NCBI RefSeq assembly: GCF_009914755.1
Contig: NC_060927.1
Origin: the human T2T-CHM13v2.0 reference genome, Homo sapiens
Length of the DNA stretch: 64,000 nucleotides
Direction: 5' to 3' (one strand)
In this document: piece after piece, positions 10,951 through 23,473 of the stretch
Layout: every line of letters begins with the position of its first letter
Position numbering within the stretch: the first letter of the stretch is position 1
Made by a program: the position numbers and the translations under genes
Notes under the pieces: model-generated
What the model was told of the DNA's origin: nothing
Seen by the model: the letters and a program-made list of their open reading frames with translations, nothing else
Database searches by the model: none

Positions 10951-12852
10951 TTAAATAGTGTGGAAGGTGGCTGTGTGTTTAGGTATTGATAGAGCAGATG
11001 GTGAGGGTGATTGCTCTTCATATTTGAAGATACTCATGCTGATGGCCTTTGTGAGAGAGTGATTTGATTAGTAACAGAGAGATGGAAGGAGGCAGGAAAG
11101 GAGGAAGAGAGGGAAGGAAGAAGAGATAAAATGAAAAAAAAATAAATAAATTGATGGGTCCAGTTCCTGCAGTGCATGGGAAAACGATGGCTGGTGAATG
11201 TCTTCCTGTTTGCTTATAAGATATTTTCCTGTTGAGACTCATTTGTATGCTTTTCAGACCACATGACACCTTTGTTCCAAAAAGACACTATATCACAAAC
11301 AGTTAAGAATGTCATCCAACCCAGTGTCAGCTAATGGAGACCAAGCTATTTGCAAGGGAACATCATCACAAGCATGGCACTGGAGAACATGACATTAGTT
11401 GAAACTAACTAGGATGAAGAATACCAGCACCTGGTAGTTAGCAGATTTAGAATAAAGCTGTTGAAATAATATATATATTGGTATTGGAAAATGAGGTTTA
11501 TTATTGAATTTTTTTGTTCAGAAATCTCCTACATTTATATATACTATGTTATATATAGAAAATGTATGCATGAATCTTTAAGTATGGAAAATGCAGTTAT
11601 TTCCTGATTCTATATAATTTTTATAATAGTCACAGAATTAACGTGTTCCAAGAAACTATAGTAATTTATAATTACCTCTCCAGCATGTCTTGAGAGGTAA
11701 ATAAATTAATGCATGTGAAGCTTCCTCTACAAATTTGAACTTTGCCATGAATGAGTGACCCAACCTAAGTGCCCAGCAGCGTATCTCCATCAACAGAGTT
11801 CAGATACAGAGGGATTACTGAAGACTTTATTATATAAATGAAAAAACTGTTGAAATGCCTACTTAGTCCCCTATATTATAATGACAATTTGTTTGATAGG
11901 GTTTTCCTCCCCCTTTGAATATGTTTATAGCTATAATTTGCTTGCAAGGTGAACTCTAATGGACTCAGAGTATTTAAATATTATATAATTCAATTGTTGA
12001 CAAAATTGATAAGGTACAAGGTTCATAATATCCATAAGGTTAAGGGAAAAAATGAAAGCCTCTTTAATAAAGTGCCTACTGTGTAACAAATATTGCTCTC
12101 TAAGCAGGTATTGTTATTTTGGTTTTGCAGACATTACTGATTAATGACTTCGAAGGGAGAGTACTGGAGTATGAATGTTCTAGAAATGCTGAAATGTTTT
12201 TACTATATATCAAACTATAAATTCCACTAATTATGCATTTATATTCCACTCTGGGCAAAAAATAAAGATTAATTTTTCTAAATATGTTTTTCAGGTTCCT
12301 AGTAGCTATCATATGCCGAATGGATAGCTCAACTGTTCACAAGTGAGTGAGCCCAAAATGATGAGAATTGCCAGGGCAGCAGGCCTACCCCATAAAAAGC
12401 CTTTTTAACTGAAAATGTTTTTAGTTTCCCCAGACATAGAAGGAAAAAAAATAGAAACGGATAATGGTACAGATTCTGATAGTCCAAGTGTCATGTCAAT
12501 CATTAAGTAACAATATTTATTTAACGGACTAAACCAAGCTTGCCCTATGGATTAACTTTAGGGTCTAATGTTATTATAGCTAGCTAGATAGATAAAGATA
12601 ATAAAAAGGAGAGAAAACATTTGATTTTTTTATTTCCAGGGACAAGTGTTAAAAAACGTCAGCATATTACTAGGTTCATTTGCCATTAAATATTGCCAAA
12701 TATATTTAGAATCTATAGAAAATGTCTGATTGAGAAACTATTGAAGAAAATCTGCCTACTCAATCAACTGCTCCTAGGACATGGTTCAAGGGCAAGCAGA
12801 GGAAGGAAGGAAAAGTTTCTTTCAAAAGGTTCAAATGAATAGGGCTTGTTAG

Positions 12853-12922
12853 ACCTCTGAATTGGGCTTGTTTCCTTTAAAATGAAAACCTCTGAATTGG
12901 GCTTGTTTCCCTTAAAATGAAA
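12853..12922. repeat. Tandem duplication, 35 bp x2
   Basis: acctctgaattgggcttgtttcc(t/c)ttaaaatgaaa at 12853 and 12888. Confidence 0.95.
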
Positions 12923-14639
12923 AAAAGTCTTTTTTTTCAATTTTACATAAAGAGAAAGAAAAATATAATATTATCTATGATTTAGCAGGTTTGGAGATCT
13001 AAAGAAAGAGCTCATACTCAAGTTAATAGCTTTACTGGTAATACCTTTAGCTGAAGAAGTTTTAAATGTGATTTACATGGAACAAATCAGTTTTAGGTTT
13101 CAACATACATTTCAATCTGAAGCAGTTTGCAGAATTGAACTAAATAGACTAGCAAAACATTTATTTGAGATCAGCATGTGCATTTGAAAATGATTTTCCT
13201 TTTAAAGGAGAAAAATAGCACCAACTTTTACTTAAAATTTTATTTTCTTGTTATTTTATCTTAGGTCTTTGTTTTAGTTATTGTTTTATTCTCTTTCACC
13301 TTGACCAAATAACTAATTTCATTTAGATTCTGTATGTTAGAGATCAATCTCTGCCTCCCTCCAAAACCCTTCCTTTCTGTTAAGGGACTTCTTGGTTGAA
13401 GTTGTGTAAACTCAACAGTCAGTTAACTGGATGCACTTTTCACTGCTCAACCTTTGTTTTGCGTTAATTAAAAAGCAACTAACATTCATTCTTTCATTTT
13501 GTTTGTCTTTTGAAAGAATCAGTTAAATAATATGTGCTTAACTGGAGATTAAGAGGAAAGGGTCTTATAACTATTGTTCAATAAAATCTCTTCTTTTTGT
13601 GTCACTAAAGATACAGGTTACATAAACATCAACATGAAAGTAATTTGAAGTTTTATTTTTACATATTCATGTATAGAGAGTGGGGCTGTCTTTGTGCTAA
13701 GAAAATGAATGAAAGACTTCTCATGGTAGATGAAAATCTTAAGTAAGACCTAGAATTTTTTATTTTTTCAATTATACATATTAGCATTCAGTACATAAAT
13801 GTTGGCCAGGCTATTCTAAAAAAAAAAAATGGATACTTTCCTCCTTATTTTCCAACAAGGTGTCCAATTAAAGATTATGTACTGCATCTCAGGAAGAGTC
13901 AAACACCTGATGTCCATTTGGGCTGGTTCAAAATGAAGCCAAAAAAACAGAAAAAAAAAAAAAAAAGCTCCACACTTGTTTTCAAACTGTTAAGTCTCTA
14001 ATAATTAACCATTGTTTGAAACATTTAAACATTTTGTCACATATTTAAATTACAGATGGGCCAATGAGTCATTTTCTTTATAGCACATCACCCACTGTTT
14101 GTAAATTAGCGATGATCCACATAAGCTTGGAACAAATAGCCATGTGTGTATGGGATTTAGAGGAGGCAAGTTCTCATCTTTTGTTGTAGAGATTATTGCT
14201 TCTGTCTTACTTCATTCACTTGATTTCACACTTCAAACTGACTTTTTTTCCTTTTTGTGATTTTTCTGCCTGTCTCATAAATCTGAAAAGCAAATATTAA
14301 TGTTTTAAATTAAGCTTTAATATCATACGTGGCATAACTTTATATGAAAACTAAAATGATTATATATTAAAACCACTCTTGAAAAAAGATAGCCAGAAAA
14401 GCAGAAACAAATTTTTAAAGTTACAACATTTTTAGGATGAAAATGTTCTGAGTCAGTAGAATAGCAAGAGTAAATTTGCTTACTGACATACAGCATTAAG
14501 GAATATTAGGGAATTATAAACTTTAACCTTAAAGATGACTCATTTCAACACCCTCATTTATAGGTAAAAAAGCCCCAAACCCCTGGAGTTAGGTACCTTA
14601 CCTAAAAATTATAATACAAGTGACTAGAAGGAGTTATCA

Positions 14640-14860
14640 ATTCATTTATTCAACAAATATTGTTGGAAAACCTACTATAGGTTAAATATGGTGGAAGATC
14701 CCAAAGTGAAGAAGATCCATACCATGTTTGCTACTCATAAGAAATTTATAACATATAGTAGAGTAGAAAAACATGCAGAAATAATAAACTATGAAGAGAA
14801 TATGGCATATCATAAAGTTGATTCAAGTAAAAGGAGTTACAGGATTCAAGAGAAAGAGCA
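14640..14860 (-). mobile_element. L2 3' end (antisense)
   Basis: ttcatttattcaacaaatatt..acctactat is the antisense L2 tail. Confidence 0.6.
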
Positions 14861-14899
14861 AAGATTAGAACTTGGGTCTGATTTCCCCCAGTTTATCTC

Positions 14900-15010
14900 T
14901 ACCCCTCTAGAGTATAAGATCCATGAAAGCAGGGACCTTGCTTATTCACTGTCATCTTCCCATGCCTGATAAAGTGCTTGGCACACAAACAATTCCCAGT
15001 GAATGAACAA
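14900..15010 (+). mobile_element. L2 3' end
   Basis: ctagagtataagatccatgaaagcagggaccttg..ttcactg..agtgcttggcaca..gaatgaa. Confidence 0.75.
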
Positions 15011-17289
15011 ATGCCTGTTCTTTCCATACTATAACACTGTCTCTTAAAAGCGGTAAATGTGTATGTTTCTCCCAGCAAACATTTATCCTCCTCACAATTA
15101 TCTGTTCTCTCATTGACTATCCTGTGTTTAATACATTCTGGTGATATGCAGGAGGCTAATATTCTTATTTTACTATAGCTAAGCATATTCAAGCAATAGG
15201 TAAAATATTCTCATATTTACCTTTCATCTTAAAGTGTATATTTTGAAAATTATGCATTCTAAAGTATAGAGTTAAAAACATGAATGGAACCAATCATATT
15301 GTTTCTAACATACTCCTAAGCACATATAATATGTATATTTTTAATATGTGACTTGGAAGATAGCATGTTTTTTAATAATAACACATGAAAAAGAAATTTG
15401 GCCAGTTTCCATTGTAAAATGTTTCGCCTCTAGGGTAGAAGTTACAATTTAAATCCTCAAGTACACATGCTCACAATGTAAAAACCTGGGAAGATTTCTA
15501 ATAAGAAAAGTAGACATCATTATATGACCAACCAAGAAATCTCAGTGTGTTTAATTATGATCTGTCTGGTTTAAAGGAGAAAAAAAAGAGCAAAATGAAA
15601 TGTCATCTATAGGTCATGTATTTATTTCAGTGCAAAAAGACTGGAACGAAGTGTGACAACCTGTTTAGGTCTTGTGTAAAACAAAATGAAGAACAGAAAG
15701 AATGATCACGTTAATTTCAGGCATAGCTACTTGTTCTAGCCAGAGTTATTTAAACACTAGTTTTCTTTGAGTCCTTCTTTACTATTGTGTAAATAGAATG
15801 TACTTTTAAAATTTGTTTAGAAATTGGTATAAAAACCATTCACTTTACATATTACATTCCTATTAGAGAGTATAAAAAGTATTTTTTTTTTTGCAAAAAC
15901 ATAAGTCAAACAGGGCAATACTAAAAGTCAGTATTTTTAATAGTTTTATGTAGTGTGTTATTTACATAAAAATGAAAATATGCAGATAGTGGCTTCTCTT
16001 TTTTTCTTGGCTAATATTCAATTACATATATTCGATATGTTAAAGTTTGAGAGTCATTAGCTAGAATTCATTGCTGAATTCTAAAAACATGGAATAACAT
16101 ATAGTATATTAGGCCAAATTGGAATTCTGGGCATATCTAATAAGTGGATTATTTATAGGAAATAAAATATTTTCCTGCCTTTACCCAGAAACGGAAGAGA
16201 TCACTAATTTAAACTTAGGGAAGGGTTAATTTGGATAATTGTAGATATCTTTGGTGTTCATATGTTGTGGCTTACTTGAGTAACATGAATATGTGGGTTT
16301 AAGTATCAAAATTTAATATCCAAGTATCCATAGAAAATCTGACTGAAAACACAGATAAAGTATATATTTAAAATTAAGTAGATAATAGAGATATTATGAC
16401 ATTTTATTTTGAGAGATCCACACTTAAAAATTATTCAGAGATGCCATATTACAAAATGTACTGCAGCTGTTTTTGGCATTTTCACTGTTTAAGTAAACAG
16501 ATTCAATTTTTAAAATATATAATTACACATGACCATCAGAAAAGTAGTCCTGTGTCCTGAATTAAATAAGAGATTTGAGCCACTGTGTACTTTAAGGTAT
16601 CCTAATGATAATTACAAGAATTTTTTTGCAGTTAACATCAGATTTAATTAATTATAAATTAATTTCGCAACATGAAAAGAAGTTATAAAGTTGCCCAGTG
16701 CTGGTAAAAGTTATTTTTTAATTTAAAAAAGCCCCATTCAATGTAATGCCAAAATAAGTGTCCATAGTAATGGAGTTAAACATTGTAAATTTTGCTGATT
16801 TGTCTTATCACGCTGATTTGTGACTCAGTATTCAGCCTATGGAGCCTAGAGACTGTGCAATAAGTAAAAATTATGTAATAAAACATAAAAATTCTAACCT
16901 AATATTACAGAAATAACTTTGACATTTTATGATTTTGTAAAGAAAAGGCCACAAAATGCATCTTCTGGTTACAAAACAAAAGTCTAATAAAATGTACCTT
17001 TGCATGGCTGACTTTGAAGTCCTTCCTTATAAATGGGCAATGCATTTTGCATTTTTTGGTCATTTTCCCCAAGTGCCTTTCAGTTGTAACAATCTGAGTT
17101 TAGTTTCCTAAGAAAGAAGCCCCTCTTTCTCATTCGTCACATCTAAGAGGTTAGAGAGTATGTTTAAACAGATATATTTTCTTTTCGTCTAACCTTGTCT
17201 GGAAGATATAGGAAAACTAATTTGCCTTATTTACATATGGCACAATCTATCCAGTATTCAAGGGTTTGTCAGAAACAGGAACCTTGTGC

Positions 17290-17303
17290 ATTTCCATGGT
17301 AAC
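17290..17303. promoter_or_regulatory. Candidate RFX X-box within a CpG-retaining unique element
   Basis: ATTTCCATGGTAAC versus consensus GTTNCCATGGYAAC; perfect right half-site. Confidence 0.35.
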
Positions 17304-17829
17304 CGATGGCATGCTGACAGTATCTGGCTTGTTGCAGCTTCGTCTAGGCAGGCCGGCAATTAATCAGCCATCTACATGCACAAAATTCTTTGTGAGTGAA
17401 TGGCAGCGCGCCTCTGTAGTGCTGTCTGTGCTTTTACAATTTTGTATTCCTGCCGGGCAAAGTACTTTTTTGTCTCTTCTATTCATTTTCCATAGCTCCC
17501 CAAAATGTGTTAGAAAAGAGTATGGGGGGTGGGGAGAAGGGTAACACAGGTACCTGTAATTTCAAAATGACCTTATTTCTTCTTAGCATCAAATATGCCA
17601 GGGTATGTTTCTTCCTTTTATTCTATGCCTCATAGTGGGTTTGCTTTTTATTTTTTTCTGGGTTTTCTTGGGTTTGTGCTAGATGGTCCCTTAATCTGTG
17701 TCTCAAGGTCCTTTATTGTTGGTGCAAGTAGGGCATACCTACCAAAGCAGGTCTGTGCATAAATTATGGCTGGGCCTGTGTCATGCAGTGTTGTCTTCTT
17801 AGAGTCCCTTTACACCACTTATCTGGTTC

Positions 17830-17950
17830 TATCTTCTCAGCTACGTGGAAGGTATATTATTGCCATTTTGCAGACTGAGATGCAGAGAAATTAAATGATT
17901 CAGCCAGCTTTAAGTTTGGGATGAAGCACTCCAGTGCTCTTACCACTGTG
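17830..17950 (-). mobile_element. MIR
   Basis: ggtatattattgccattttgcaga-ctgagatgcagagaaattaaatgatt. Confidence 0.6.
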
Positions 17951-18149
17951 TCAACACAGAGAGGCTGGCAGTCCCCTTTTATGTATGATGATGTTTTAAG
18001 GTATAGAAATCACTGTTATTTCACATCAATATTCTGGCATTTTCTTTCTCAAAAAATAGTGCCATTGAATTTATTCAGTTGGGACCTTGTATTGTCTAGG
18101 ATCTGGACAAGAGCATGAGTAAGTTAACAATTTGGGCCTTAGGTTGTTA

Positions 18150-18295
18150 GTAGAAAGCTGTGTCTGGATTTTGCCTACAATTCTGACTATGTCACATCTA
18201 GGGAAGCCATCTAGCTTCTTTCTCTGTGAAAAAAAAAAGGGAATTGATTCGATTATCTTCAACAGTTCACCAAGCACAGAAATTCTGTGGTTCTC
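18150..18295 (+). mobile_element. MIR3/MIRc-like SINE
   Basis: ctctgtgaaaa..gggaattgattcgattatcttcaacagttcaccaagcacagaaattctgtggttct resembles the MIR3 3' end. Confidence 0.5.
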
Positions 18296-19943
18296 CATGT
18301 TTTCTAGGACATTAGTTTGGGTAGTTAAAAGTAATTTGGATAGGTCAAAATTAAGATCCATAATTCGTTCAGTCTTTTGTCCTTGAAAGATGACAGAATA
18401 ATTTGCATCGAATTGAATTGAATAAATTTCTTTTTCAAAAAGGAAAAAGAAAGATTTGACATCTGGGTGGCTGACAAATCTCAGAAGGTCAAAGCTCATT
18501 GAAATCAGATTTGGACATTTGCATTTCCACAGATACCACATAGCAAAAATCCAGTTGCTTTCAAACTTCAGTTTAAGCAAAATATCTTTTAAAAAACTAG
18601 GTATATTGGAACCTAGATATATTAAGTTTCTGAAAAGTTTTGTGCATTGGAAGAAAAGTTTTTTGTCGGGGGAGTTTTAATGTAAAAAGAAAAGTGGCAA
18701 GAAAGGTGTTTATTTATAGATGAAAATGCATGTAATTTTTGTTATTCTTTAGAAATCTAAAGTTATTGTATTTATTTATTTTTTAAAAGTCATCTTACTA
18801 GTGTAGGGATGTAAATATAAATATATATTTTATATGCAACCATCCTTTTCATAAGTTCACTTTTTATTACATTTATTTATTCAAGGAAGATTATTATGTA
18901 ATTTTTCTTTAAATTTAGAAAGTAAAAGGAGACCTTAATTTCAAAGTAAATCCCATTTGGATAATATAAAAATAAGGATGCTCTTTCATACAAATATTTG
19001 CCACTCATTACTTCAACTCTGTTTCATTCATATTATGAATGATCAAGTCTCTAGTACAACTGTTTTCTCCAACTTTGTCTTTTTGTTAAAAAAAAAAAAA
19101 AGTTGAAGTGTGAGCACAAAGCTTGTGTTTTTCTCTAACCAGCGATTGTCCATCCTTTTGTAAGTGCTGACAAGAGCTTCACTTATTCTTCCATACTCAG
19201 TTTCTCTTACTTGTTTATGTGCTAACTATAATCCACTACTTAATGTTCTATTTAACATTTTAACCTATTTTAAAATATCCTATTTCCTCCAGGATTCAAT
19301 TAAATTTGTCAGTAGTATTCCAGAATAGAATGTTGTTTTTCTTACAATTAAGTCCTTTTTTCTTCCAATTTCTTTGGATATCTTGTGTTTATACAAGAAG
19401 TGTATCTATTTTTTTAATACAGTGTGGCTCATAGTATGTGGTCTCTGTAATTTTGTGCTGCTGATAGAAGAACCAGGCAAAAACTTTCTCTACCTGGAGA
19501 GTGTTACCATGAGCTTTTGCATATTCTCCTTCAATTTCTTCTTCTATTTCTCCTTCATATTGTCTTGGGCCTCTTTTATTTAAGAAGGTATTCTATCACA
19601 CCATTCACTTAGTCATTCAACCAGTATTTATTGAACTCCATTATTTGGATGTTTGGGAATCCACCAACACCACTACTACTTAACAATAATCCAATATATG
19701 AAAAATCTTTTCTATAGAAGAAATTATTCTCATTCATATCTAACTTGAATATAACAGATATGAAAATACGTAGCAATTAATTACTTTCAGATGTAACTTT
19801 GTATCTACTAAAACTTTTTCATTTTCTAGACTATAAAGTAAGAATAATAGCACTTAATTTGTAGTTTTGTTAGGATTAAAGTGTGTAATGCACCTTGCAG
19901 ATTTACATACTCAAAAATGATAGGCTACTGGCACTTAAGTAGT

Positions 19944-20393
19944 CAATTCATAGCAACAGGAAACAGAATGGTGGTTACTAGCATCTGGGAGGAGGGGGGA
20001 ATGAGGAGTGACTGCTTAATGGTACAAGGTCTCCTTTGGGGGTGATTAAAAACTGTTAAAATGTACACTTTAAATGGATAGATTTATGGCATTTGAATTA
20101 TATCTCGATAAAGCTATTTTAAAGCTAACATTAAAGCTTGGAAAATTTTACACAAAATTCCAGATTGACTTCTCTTGAAAAAGCCTATAATCTGACACCA
20201 CCAGCCACATGGTCTCTCATGGGGTTCTTCTTGTTTAAGGAGTACAGAGTTTCAAATTTGCAAGATAAAATGTTCTAGAGATCTGTTTCACAGTAATGTA
20301 AATATACTTAGCACTACTGAACTGTACACTTAAAATGATTAAGATGATAAATTTTTTGTTAGGGATTTTTTACTACAGTGAAAATATACATAG
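19944..20393 (+). mobile_element. L1MB-like 3' end containing an internal second L1M 3' end and a MER102-like fragment
   Basis: L1MB 3'UTR (caattcatagcaacaggaaacagaatggtggtt..; gtacagagtttc..ctgaactgtacacttaaaatg); internal gtacactttaaatgg..tatatctcgataaagct and acaaaattccagattgacttctcttgaaaa; flanked by aagtagt at 19937 and 20394. Confidence 0.7.
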
Positions 20394-20560
20394 AAGTAGT
20401 TGTTCAAAAAATGGTAGAAGTGTTTGTTGATAATGTTATGAATACTTTTCTAATTATTATCTGTGTCATTATTCTTACTAGCTTGGAAGTCCTTAGTTTA
20501 TTGTGATGGTTAAGTAAAGGCAGAAAACTCTGTATTAGTAGAACCTGATAATGATATATA

Positions 20561-20639
20561 TTAGATCAAACCATATACAAGCATGATATTCCATTACTTT
20601 TGACCTACAAAAATGGTAATTTTATATTACTTAACCTAG
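20561..20639. mobile_element. MADE2 (mariner-derived 80-bp MITE)
   Basis: ttagatcaaaccatat..gatatt..tttgacctacaaaaatggtaattttata..aacctag matches MADE2 in length and sequence. Confidence 0.7.
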
Positions 20640-20769
20640 CACTTGTGAAAATATCTTAATGTAACTAGAGTATGGCTTATTGATTTGCTTTTGGATACCT
20701 TAAAATTTAATGTAAAGTACACTTTCTTTTAGCTGCTTTATCCCCACTTCAGGGCCAATATATAACATT

Positions 20770-20860
20770 TGATTTCTGGCTGTTCCATTTACTGGTTGTG
20801 TGATCTTCAGCCTCAGTTGTCTTATCTGTAAAAAGGAGAAGATAAATAGAATTGTGGTCA
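20770..20860 (+). mobile_element. MIR fragment
   Basis: ctggctgttccatttactggttgtgtgatctt..cctcagttgtcttatctgtaaaa. Confidence 0.6.
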
Positions 20861-21247
20861 AGCTTTACTTGATTGATGGATTTACTGTTGTGAATAGTTT
20901 GCACAATCCTTTTTCCTATACATTGTTGATGTGGGGAGGGGAAAGGGGTAGAAAGAGGAGAACAGTAACCAAAAATATATCCATCTTTCCTCAGAATATT
21001 TCTCCCATTTTTATTCCATTCCCTCTACCTATCTCCCTGGCCCCAGAGTCACACTCATCCTACATGTGCGGCAGAATTCACCTTCCTCCTACCTGACTCT
21101 TTGTCATACTCCCAGGGTCCAAGCAGGAGGGTGATTAGAAGGGGCAGTGCAGGGGGTTCCCATGACCTCGGTACAGATTCCAGCCTCAACAGTCACTAAT
21201 TTGTAATCTTGGCCAGCCATTGCCCTTGTGAAGAGTATGGAGAAGAT

Positions 21248-21546
21248 CAGGGGTTTCTCAAACCTCCAGGTTTTAACCAGTCTAAGATGAAATGAGGAAA
21301 ATAAAGACAATATTTATGTAGCTTTAACATTTTAATCTGTTTTATATTTGTAGCTAGATCTATATTGCTATAAAGTTATACCAGTCCTTCCTTAAGAAAG
21401 GCTGTTCTTTATACTAAGATTATGTTTTTCTACCTTTTTTTTGTTTTTGCTTTTCAAATGTCTTCTCATTTATGAAATCACGGGCAAATGGATGATGGGT
21501 TTTATGCAACAACATCACATGGCAAAATTAAAACCTGGCAACCCTC
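21248..21546. mobile_element. Probable hAT (Tip100-like) DNA transposon remnant
   Basis: Begins caggggtttctcaaac and ends aaacctggcaaccct, both typical hAT termini; AT-rich body. Confidence 0.4.
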
Positions 21547-22684
21547 CATCTTCCCCCATAAAAGTTGTACTGCCTTGTAAAAGCTGAAAGTCAGAACCTT
21601 ATGGATTCATAAATTCTAAGGATTTTCCTCAATTTAACATTCTATTATTTGAGAATTCATTTAAACTGTAGATCCTTAAGTGATTTCTCGGCCTGAGGAT
21701 CAGAGAGGTTTCATGGTCTCAATGAAATCAGCATTTTTTACAGGTTTTTTTCCCCAAACATCTTTGCTTCACCAATATAGAAGCATAGTAAACTTTTAAG
21801 AAAGATAAATTTTCCTTTTGCAAGTTGGGTTCTTTGCATATCATAGTTAAGTATGAGAAATATGTTGGGTTAGAGAGGGGAATACATTACCTAGAGTAAT
21901 ATAAACAGAAAAAAATGCATAATCACTTATTGCATTTTTATTTTTCTCCACACAATGCATAATAGCTGGGGTTTTTTCTTTCATGACGGTTATCACTGGA
22001 ATTATGCCTTTACTAGTTGTATGGTTATGGGGTTAGTGTCTCTCCTCCTTGCAAGATTTTAAGCTTCATGAGGACAATGATGATATTTCACTCACCATAG
22101 TGTGTCTGGCATCTAGTTCATGTTCTGCAAATATGAATACAGTGACATGTGCCATAAGAGAAGGGAGGACCTAAAGATCTACAGCAAAATCAAGGAAAAC
22201 CTTTCAGAAGAAATGGCAGGTGAGGTATCCTTAAATGGTGGCCAGCATTTCAGCAAACAGATATGAAAGATTACATGGTATAAACTACACTTATAGAACA
22301 GAGTACATTTAATAGTGTTCTAATCCTTTAAAAGTTGGTAATCTCTGTATATAAGATAACTTCTAAATAATCTTTTTAAAATTATGATTAGTTAGATCTG
22401 CGTACCCTAAAGCCAGTCTAAAAAGAAGGGGGTTCTCTTCATATGAAACGTAGCACATAGGAAGGACTGGGAAGTATTTTCAACTAAAGGATGTAAAGAG
22501 TTAAACATTATTCCAAGAGTGTTAGCTTGAGAGACCAACAGCCACAACCTCATTGTGATTAGAAAAAAAAAAAAACAAAAAACCCAGGAAGAGAAGGGCT
22601 TGAGTGAGAGATAAGAAGCTCTGTTTCCATCTACCTGCAAGGTAATTGATGAGGTAGCAAACTTAGAGACAAATCGTAGGCATG

Positions 22685-22895
22685 AGGCAGTGTGCTGTGT
22701 GAAATAAGCTTTGATTTTAAGTGAATTTGTGTTTTACCCTCAGCTCTACCACTTACTAGCTGGTGACTTAGGGCAAATTAGTTAAACTTACTAAACCTCA
22801 GTTTTTTCTTTAGTAAAATGAAGAAAATAAAACTCCATAGAATTTTTGTGGTAGATAAAATTATGTAAAAGGGACTAGCACAAAATCTAAACCAG
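22685..22895 (+). mobile_element. MIR
   Basis: cagctctaccacttactagctggtgacttagggcaaattagttaa..aaacctcagtttt..gtaaaatg. Confidence 0.8.
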
Positions 22896-23057
22896 TAGAT
22901 ATTAATGAAACACTCATTTCCCTCCACCTTTTTATTGTCTACTTGGTCTACTTTAGGTCTTGAGCTTTGCTCCTTTGCAGGAAGATACTTATTCCTTGGC
23001 ATCACATAGGCTCTTTGTATATCCCCAAATCTGGAAGCAAATATTTAAATACAAAAG

Positions 23058-23346
23058 CATCTGGGCATGGTGGCTCATGCCTGTAATCCCAGCACTTTGG
23101 AGGCCGAGGTGGGCGAATCACTTGAGGTCAGGAGTTTGAAACCAGCCTGGCCAACACGGTGAAACCCTCTCTCTACTAAAAATACAGAAGTTAGCTGGGT
23201 GTGGTAGTGCACACCTGTAATCCAAGCTACTCAGGAGGCTGAGGCAGGAGAATCACTTGAACCCAGGAGGCAGAGGTTGCAGTGAGCCAAAATGGCACCA
23301 CTGAACTCCAGCATGGGTGATGGAGGGACATTCCATTTCAAAACCA
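23058..23346 (+). mobile_element. AluS (Sx/Sz-like)
   Basis: ctgggcatggtggctcatgcctgtaatccc..gaggtcaggagttt..ccagcctggccaac..gcagtgagcc. Confidence 0.95.
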
Positions 23347-23473
23347 AGGAAAGAGAAGGAAGGAAGGAAGGAAAGAAAGAAAGAGAAAGGAAAGAAGGGA
23401 GGGAGGGAAGAAAGGAAAGAAGGAAAGGAAAGGAAGGAAGGAAGGAAGGGAAAGAGGAAGGAAGGCAGGCAAG
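23347..23473. repeat. (GGAA/GAAA)n purine tract derived from the Alu tail
   Basis: ggaaggaaggaaagaaagaaagagaaagg... Confidence 0.9.

Noticed and set aside
11662-11708. 17-bp-arm hairpin taatttat(aa)ttacctctc..gagaggtaaataaatta
   Set aside because: Sits in a MIR-like remnant (followed by taatgcatgtgaagc) whose core is naturally self-complementary; too short and AT-rich for a pre-miRNA call
18071-18580. Longest ORF in the track (169 aa, - strand)
   Set aside because: Non-ATG start, overlaps a MIR3-like repeat, F/I/L/K-rich composition typical of chance AT-rich ORFs, no recognisable domain
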